From contig DF236953.1 of the NCBI GenBank assembly GCA_000708835.1, positions 1 to 64,000 on the forward strand: DNA of 64,000 nucleotides, given 5' to 3'. Below are positions 58,328 to 64,000 of the stretch, one piece after another (within the stretch, counting starts at the first letter, position 1; the number at the start of each line of letters is the position of its first letter). The stretch is from Klebsormidium nitens (taxonomy: Eukaryota; Plantae; Klebsormidiophyceae). A model generated the notes under the pieces. The model worked only from the letters and a program-made list of their open reading frames with translations. It was not told the origin of the DNA and ran no database searches. The position numbers were made by a program, and so were the translations under genes.

Positions 58328-59732
58328 CAGCTTGAGAGCTCATCACATGGTAATCTAGAGAATTGACAACTCACTTATGTGTAGATCATGCGAGCATCGA
58401 CTGGTATTGATATTCTTGTTCATCTGGATGGTGGCTCAGGTGCAACTAGAGTAGAGCGTGACAAGTAGAAGTGCTTATAACCCGTCAAAAGGTCCGAAGT
58501 CATGATCTTTGTCTGTTGAATACATGTTCTTACTTTGTCGTTGGTCAGCTAGCCACGCAGGCAGGTCAGTGTACCTTTGCGCACTTGAATGGAGTTTGCA
58601 AACCGAAATGCGAAATGCGTACCTCTTCCAACTTAAGTGTAGAGAGCTATGCATGCACATGCTCGCGTAGAGAGAGCATCATCCGTTCAAATACTCGTCC
58701 TCTGGGATAGTAGAGTAATTCGAAAACAGGCGAGCGAGGTTGAAGCATTTCAAACGTATTGTGATGCGTCCACAGTGGGAAGCAGTCCCCGGGATACCGA
58801 TGTTGTGGTCTGTTAACGATGTCAAACGTCTGAATCCTTGCTTATTCAATTGGAGGTTTTGTCGTGGACGGTCAGTGGACCCATTCCAAACGACTGGATC
58901 CTTGCTCATTTATTGGAAGTCGGCACTCAATCTGCTATAGCAGTCTACGCATCTACACAACATGACTTCAAGGTCCATGCCTGCTGCAAGTAGTGTGACT
59001 GCATTAGAATTGGTTGTTTACCTTTTCAAGCATCAGGTCGATCGAGGACCGCTTCGTGCATAGCCTGCTAATTTTTCGAGTATCAAGGAGAAAAGTCTTT
59101 GCATGCACGATGCTAGCCCACGAAAACAGTTTCTTACTTTGCCATGCCAAGGTGATGTAAGGCGTGTGACCACTTTTTGCACGTTTCAAGCAGAAGCATC
59201 GCACGATCGATCTGAATCATGTTTATATATAATTCACCATGATATTCACCTCGAGGGGCCGTCGCCTTCAGCGGCCGGCCTCTCTTGTGATGTACATCAT
59301 GCATCGCATGCAGTGGTATGGGCTACTGAGGCGGCCGGCATGAGGCCGGCATGTACTGCTTACAATCTAGCAAGTCATGCAGTCAGATTTAGATGCACAA
59401 GGCTCAAGCTCCTGCCGCCCTGACGCTAACAGTTAACCCTCACAATCACCCTGTTCCGTGGTGCTCATGATGCGCACGCAAACTCACCCTAAACCAAGCG
59501 AGCTTTCTCTCTGCAGTGCCTGCACCCGTCCCTAGCTGAGGCTAATCTGTACATCCAAAGTTCAAACCTTTCAGCGCCTGCTTAGAATCGCATTGTTGAC
59601 GTGGCCGCCCGTCGCCTGCCGGCGGCCAAGCCCCTCTGTCCGCCCGGCCCCTGTATTTAAACGTGACCTGTTGTTCAATAATTTCTTCCAGCCGGGGAGC
59701 CCCCGGGGAGCGTGTGCAGTGTGCACTGTGGC

Positions 59733-59938
59733 CTTGAGCCTCCTCGGGCTAGCTCAGTTGGTTGAGTGTCGTGCTTAACCTAGCACACTAAAAGGGGTTG
59801 GACCGAAAGGTCGTGTGTTCGATTCTCGAACCCGGCCATCCGCTGCGGAAGGGGCGAGGATTCCCCTTTCGTTTGTCGGTGTGCTAGTCCCGGTGCTGCA
59901 GCTGATCAGCCCGGTGTGCCAGACTGTTCATACCTTTT
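59733..59938 (+). mobile_element. tRNA-derived SINE-like element flanked by 15-bp direct repeats
   Basis: A-box TAGCTCAGTTGG, B-box GTTCGATTC and CCCGGCCA end, but poor acceptor and T stems. AGTGTGCACTGTGGC occurs at 59718-59732 and 59939-59953. There is a short T-tail. Confidence 0.65.
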
Positions 59939-59950
59939 AGTGTGCACTGT

Positions 59951-60150
59951 GGCAACTCCCTTGCATGTCTCGTATTAGGGCCAGGGGCTTGTCTCCCAAC
60001 TTGTCACAAGGTTCATAGGCCGGGGGACGGGTAGGGTTGGTTTCGTGGTTAGGGTGGGTAGGGGTGTGGAGCGCGTAAATTCTGGGTTAGGATTTTTTGT
60101 TTTGGTGCCCGGGGCTTCTGAATCAAGCCCCACGGGACACGGGAGTTGCC
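59951..60150 (-). mobile_element. Foldback MITE-like element, copy C (reverse orientation)
   Basis: The reverse complement of 60.02-60.10 kb gives CGCTCCACACCCCTACCCACCCTAACCACGAAACCAACCCTACCCGTCCCC. Arms are GGCAACTCCC/GGGAGTTGCC and GGGGCTTG/CAAGCCCC. Confidence 0.7.
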
Positions 60151-60776
60151 AGTACCCCGCGCGGGGAGAAGTTGAATTCGGAAGGTCAAGATTGTCGTCA
60201 TGCTAACTTCTAAGGCACCAGGCTGTCGTGATCAGTGTGTGATTGGCTGAGCCAGTGGAAGTAAATGCCCGAGGCCAGGCAGCCAAGTGATCAATTATGC
60301 AGGTACAGTTTTGTTGCCTGCATCTTGGATGTGCATCATTGCTCTGTCCGTGGTAGGTTGTATGGCATTAATGTATGCACTGTGCAGCCAAAGACTGATT
60401 GGTCTCTAGATACCAGAAGACGCGGTTTCGTTCCATTAGCTATATGGATAATTGAAGTCAAACGAAGCGCATTATGCACAGATCCGGCACACTGCAACTT
60501 GGGCGCAAGGGGGCGAAGCTGTGTCAACCAACATACTAGCTCGCCCTCAGCTCGCCTCCCCAGCTAGGTTGATTACTTTTTGTTTCATCAGTGGATGCGC
60601 AGCTACCAGTCCAAGCACCAGATCTCATTTCATCATATCTTCCGAAGCGAGATTTCCACAAGCAAAACGGCTGAGTTATATGCTGAAGGACGCCACTGAC
60701 AACTTTGTAGCTTTATCAACGACTTTCTGTTGGGCCCATTGACGATCTCTTTTCAGAGAAAGGGAGGCAGCTTTCG

Positions 60777-63774
60777 ATGGCGTTCAACTTCATCACCGCA
60801 GCAGCTTTGCTGCTGCTTAGCCTTGCTGGCATTGTCTCCAGCCAATCACGCCCCCAAACTGGTGAGTGGGAAGCTTTGAGCCAGCTCTGGGAAGCACGGC
60901 GCTGGAGTTGCCCATGCACTAAGAATTATCGAGTCACGAGTCTCCAAGATATTGTGTACTTTTCAAAATATTGTTCTTTGACTTTCTGCAAAATGATCTG
61001 CCGCAAGGATTTTCGGGCTTAGTGGGGCTTTGAATGTGCTGGCATGAGGTACATGAGTTTGTATTGTTGTTGTGTGCATGCTTGTTCGAACAAGCACGCA
61101 CACAATTCCTCGTCATTTCTTTGTTGTATTTACTTCTGGAGGGCTGCATTTGTCAGCTGTCAAGAACAAAACGGTTGCGCGTCGAGATTCCTCTGCAGAG
61201 TTCACAAGATTGCAACCAATTCTGAACAGGCTTGTCTCAAACAAGATTGAGGACTTGAAGCGCAAAAGGTATCATACTTCATTGATGTCATGTTTCTCAG
61301 CCCACTACAAAATAAGCGAGTCCTTCCTGACAATGTAGGAACATTGGAAAGTCCTAATTAATACCCCACTACTCTCGTGTGAGCTGGTCACCCCTGCTCA
61401 GAGAACGCGTCATGCATGATGCATCATTTCAAGAGTGCCTTCACGCCAATCTGCTTCTCTTCGGAGCAGAATCTATCAAGATGAGGGGAATCCAGCAGTT
61501 TTCCAAGGGTCGCCAAAGCCATGTCATTCTGCAAACATTTGATTTGAGTTGGTCAGCCAAAGTATATTCCCCTGACGTTTCGGAAGATGCAGATCTTACC
61601 CTGTGCATAGTACCGTTGCTGGCGTCAAAATGGGCCTTGCTGCCACTGGAGTCAGCACTCGCCCCCAGAGCTTTTGATTGGAAATGTAGATGTCGACATT
61701 CTTGTGCATCCATAATTAAGTACTCGGCTGGCTGCGGTGCGTGCAGGTTGCTTCCCCGTTGACCGGGTTGGGTCAGGCCAGATTCCGAATGTGCAACAAG
61801 CCCTCTATCAGTATAGTCAGCGTTTTAACGACTTCACCGGACACTTTCCGCCTGGAACAACTGCAGTAGTATTTTGTCAAACTGGTACGTGGGACCCTAA
61901 TTTCCCTCTGGGAACGGGGCGGTCATCTCTGGTGTGCCGTCAAAACGGTGACACATACGATTGGGGATTACCTATTGTATGCGTACGTAAGTCGCAGTCA
62001 CCTTGGGAGTTGCCGATTCCTGCTTTTGATGCAATACGGGTCTGCTGACTTTTTGTAAAATGTTGAGCTAAAATGTTCCTACCCTCTTGCCCCTTTGTAT
62101 TGGGGGTTTACAACTAAGGAGATCACAGCAGCACTGGTTTTCAGATTGATTGAACAAACACGCTGGGACGTCACTTATTCAAGGCTTGTGGGTTGGTGGC
62201 AAAAATGGATGCTGCGAGCATTTCAATGTTTGGGGGATTGGGCTTATCTGCCTATCTGCTGCAGTTTATGGCCGCGTGCATTATGCAAATCTGATGCGGC
62301 CTCACCTCATATCATCGTAGCTTTTCCACCTTGCAGAAAGCGCCTGTGGTAGCATTATTAATAAGGGTTCCGAACGCGTCTTCTATGACGGCAAGCGCGG
62401 TGAGAGGGGCTCCTCAGGCTTCTCAGGCGGTGTGATCGCCACTTGCGGGGTTGACCCTTCGATAAGTGCTGTTTGTACCGGGCAAGGCTGGATTCCAAAC
62501 AGCATTCAGTGTGGTAAGTGACTCAATAGTCGACCCGGCTCTCTTAATCGAGAACAGTCGGACCAAAGTTGACGGTTCTCTTTTGTCGGATCGGTATTTC
62601 AAATCAGTTGGCTTTGAAATGTCAATGCAGATCACTCGGGTCAGGCAGAAAAGCTTTGATGATGTGCTAAGATCTGTCTGGATAACTTGCAATTGGGAAT
62701 GCCACTCCCTTTGCTCACTAGCGTACTTTTCACCTCTGAGGTTCGTCTAAATTAGGGAGAGCGATTGTTGATTGGTCTCTATGTACGGTAGCTCTGTACC
62801 ACTAACCACCTACCTGACCCACCCTAGGCCCCAGTCGGTTACCTGAACATTGCCAGCTTATGGTGGTCTCTCTTGACCCCAAATCCTGTACTTCCTCAGG
62901 ACCCATACACTACCATGGATGCCTGCCGCCCGCAAGGGGAGGCGACGGCGGGCCTCTCTGGCAGTACAACCACGACTTTGACGCAACCACGGGCCGTTAC
63001 CCCATAGGGACAGCTCTGTCCGCCACGTGCTTGACCGGATACACAATTTCGGACCGCGAAGCACGCGGCGCTTGTAAATTCGACACGTTACAGTGGACGG
63101 GGACGGCGACGAAAGTGGAATGCAGTAAGCCACCTAGACCGGCTCGTCTTGATCGGAGTCTTCACGAGTCGGACCCCTCCAAAGGTCGCAACTAGTGTGC
63201 TTTGTCAATCTTCGACCCTGAATTCCTTTTCACATTTTGAGTCGCGAGAGAGGCCAGCGATATGAAGTTGAAGTACTGAAGTCCAGTGCCATGTGCAGCC
63301 TTAAAGTAGAGAAGCGTTGAGTTGTTGCAGCCTCGCATGCTCCAGCTTTATGATGGCCTCCCACATTACTTCGAAGCTCGAACCAAACGTGCTACTTACC
63401 CTCAACAATCAGTAATACAACGGAAAAAGAATAAGCAGATCGCTTTGCACTTTTGCATTTTGAAGCTTGTTTTTGAAAATGGAGTGATCTAGCGAAAGGC
63501 TGCATGCTGCCCCTTGGGGAGAAGTCTCAATGCCCAAAGCCTTTTGAGAACTTGAAAGCGTCGACTCTAAAACTTGCGGAGGAGTTCTCCACTGCAGTTC
63601 CTGGCTGCCCGTCTATCAGGGTCAACGGAGCAGGCAGAGTGTTTTACTCGGGCACTCTGGGCAGTAACTCCCGCTACTCGGGCGGTACGAAGGTTACGTG
63701 CGGGAGCAACCCGGCAAACACTGCCACTTGCTCGACCAACGGCAACTTTTGGACCCCGTCGTCAATAGACTGCG
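60777..63774 (+). CDS. Secreted protein with tandem Sushi/CCP-like modules, 3'-incomplete
   Basis: Signal-peptide exon 60777-60861, then exons 61747-61986, 62900-63124 and 63598-63774. Each is a multiple of 3, phase 1-1, with a 4-Cys C..(F/Y)..G....C..G....C...W....C pattern. No stop codon before the window end. Confidence 0.65.
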
Positions 63775-63796
63775 GTAAGCTAGACGTCTTTTCAAC

Positions 63797-63941
63797 TTAG
63801 CATTAGTAAGCTCTAGCAATAGTAAGCTCCTGCGCTAACGCTAAAAATCCAACCCACAAAACCACCCCCTCCGCACTTGAACCCACCCTGACCCCCAAAC
63901 TAACCCCACCCGTCCCAGGCTGGTTACCTTACTATTGCTTA
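63797..63941. mobile_element. Foldback MITE-like element, copy D
   Basis: Left arm 2x TAGCA(T/A)TAGTAAGCTC, right arm CTTACTATTGCTTA, core CTCCGCACTTGAACCCACCCTGACCCCCAAACTAACCCCACCCGTCCC. Confidence 0.75.
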
Positions 63942-64000
63942 AAAATGGATTTTTGTAAGCGAGGGCGATAGAATGCTGAACGCAGACCTAGGTCAGCTTG

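Noticed and set aside
58679-58940. Possible retroviral integrase remnant (KYSSSGIVE*FENR)
   Set aside because: Only a vague resemblance to the SNGxVER motif, with no other Pol motifs or LTRs.
59745-59838. Functional tRNA gene
   Set aside because: The acceptor and T stems pair poorly and the anticodon cannot be assigned. Treated as a SINE head.
59724-59951. CACTGTG (reverse RSS/Transib heptamer) twice
   Set aside because: Both copies are in the same orientation inside the direct repeat. There is no nonamer and no inverted arrangement.

Overview
Intron-rich, GC-rich eukaryotic nuclear DNA. A PARC6-like plastid-division gene and an RLK/Pelle-type LRR kinase point to a streptophyte, probably a charophyte alga such as Klebsormidium (inference only). 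The first ~13.7 kb is accessory. It begins with an intronless, virus-like integrative-replicative module (1-6.2 kb) that runs off the window start. The module holds an MC1-like DNA-condensing gene (divergent, broken), a 28-bp near-perfect palindrome, a catalytically dead tyrosine-recombinase (YR) paralog whose read-through stop overlaps the start of an intact YR, a small basic protein, and a Prim-Pol/Zn-finger/D5-SF3 primase-helicase. Every ORF except the complete YR is broken. A 118-bp tandem repeat follows, then a spliced but damaged SWIM/CxC/KDZ (Zisupton/Dileera/Kyakuja-class) transposase and a TTAA-flanked MITE. The rest is host genes: Elongin A-like, an At5g64816-like Cys-rich protein, an ELL-like elongation factor, a ~16-kb LRR receptor kinase, PARC6/CDP1, and a 3'-incomplete secreted protein built from phase 1-1 Sushi/CCP-like exons. 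Across the host genes, exon/intron junctions are repeatedly 'echoed' as intronic tandem copies with mostly synonymous differences. There are also four copies of a small foldback element and one tRNA-derived SINE. All family assignments come from recalled motifs and hand translation, with no database searches.
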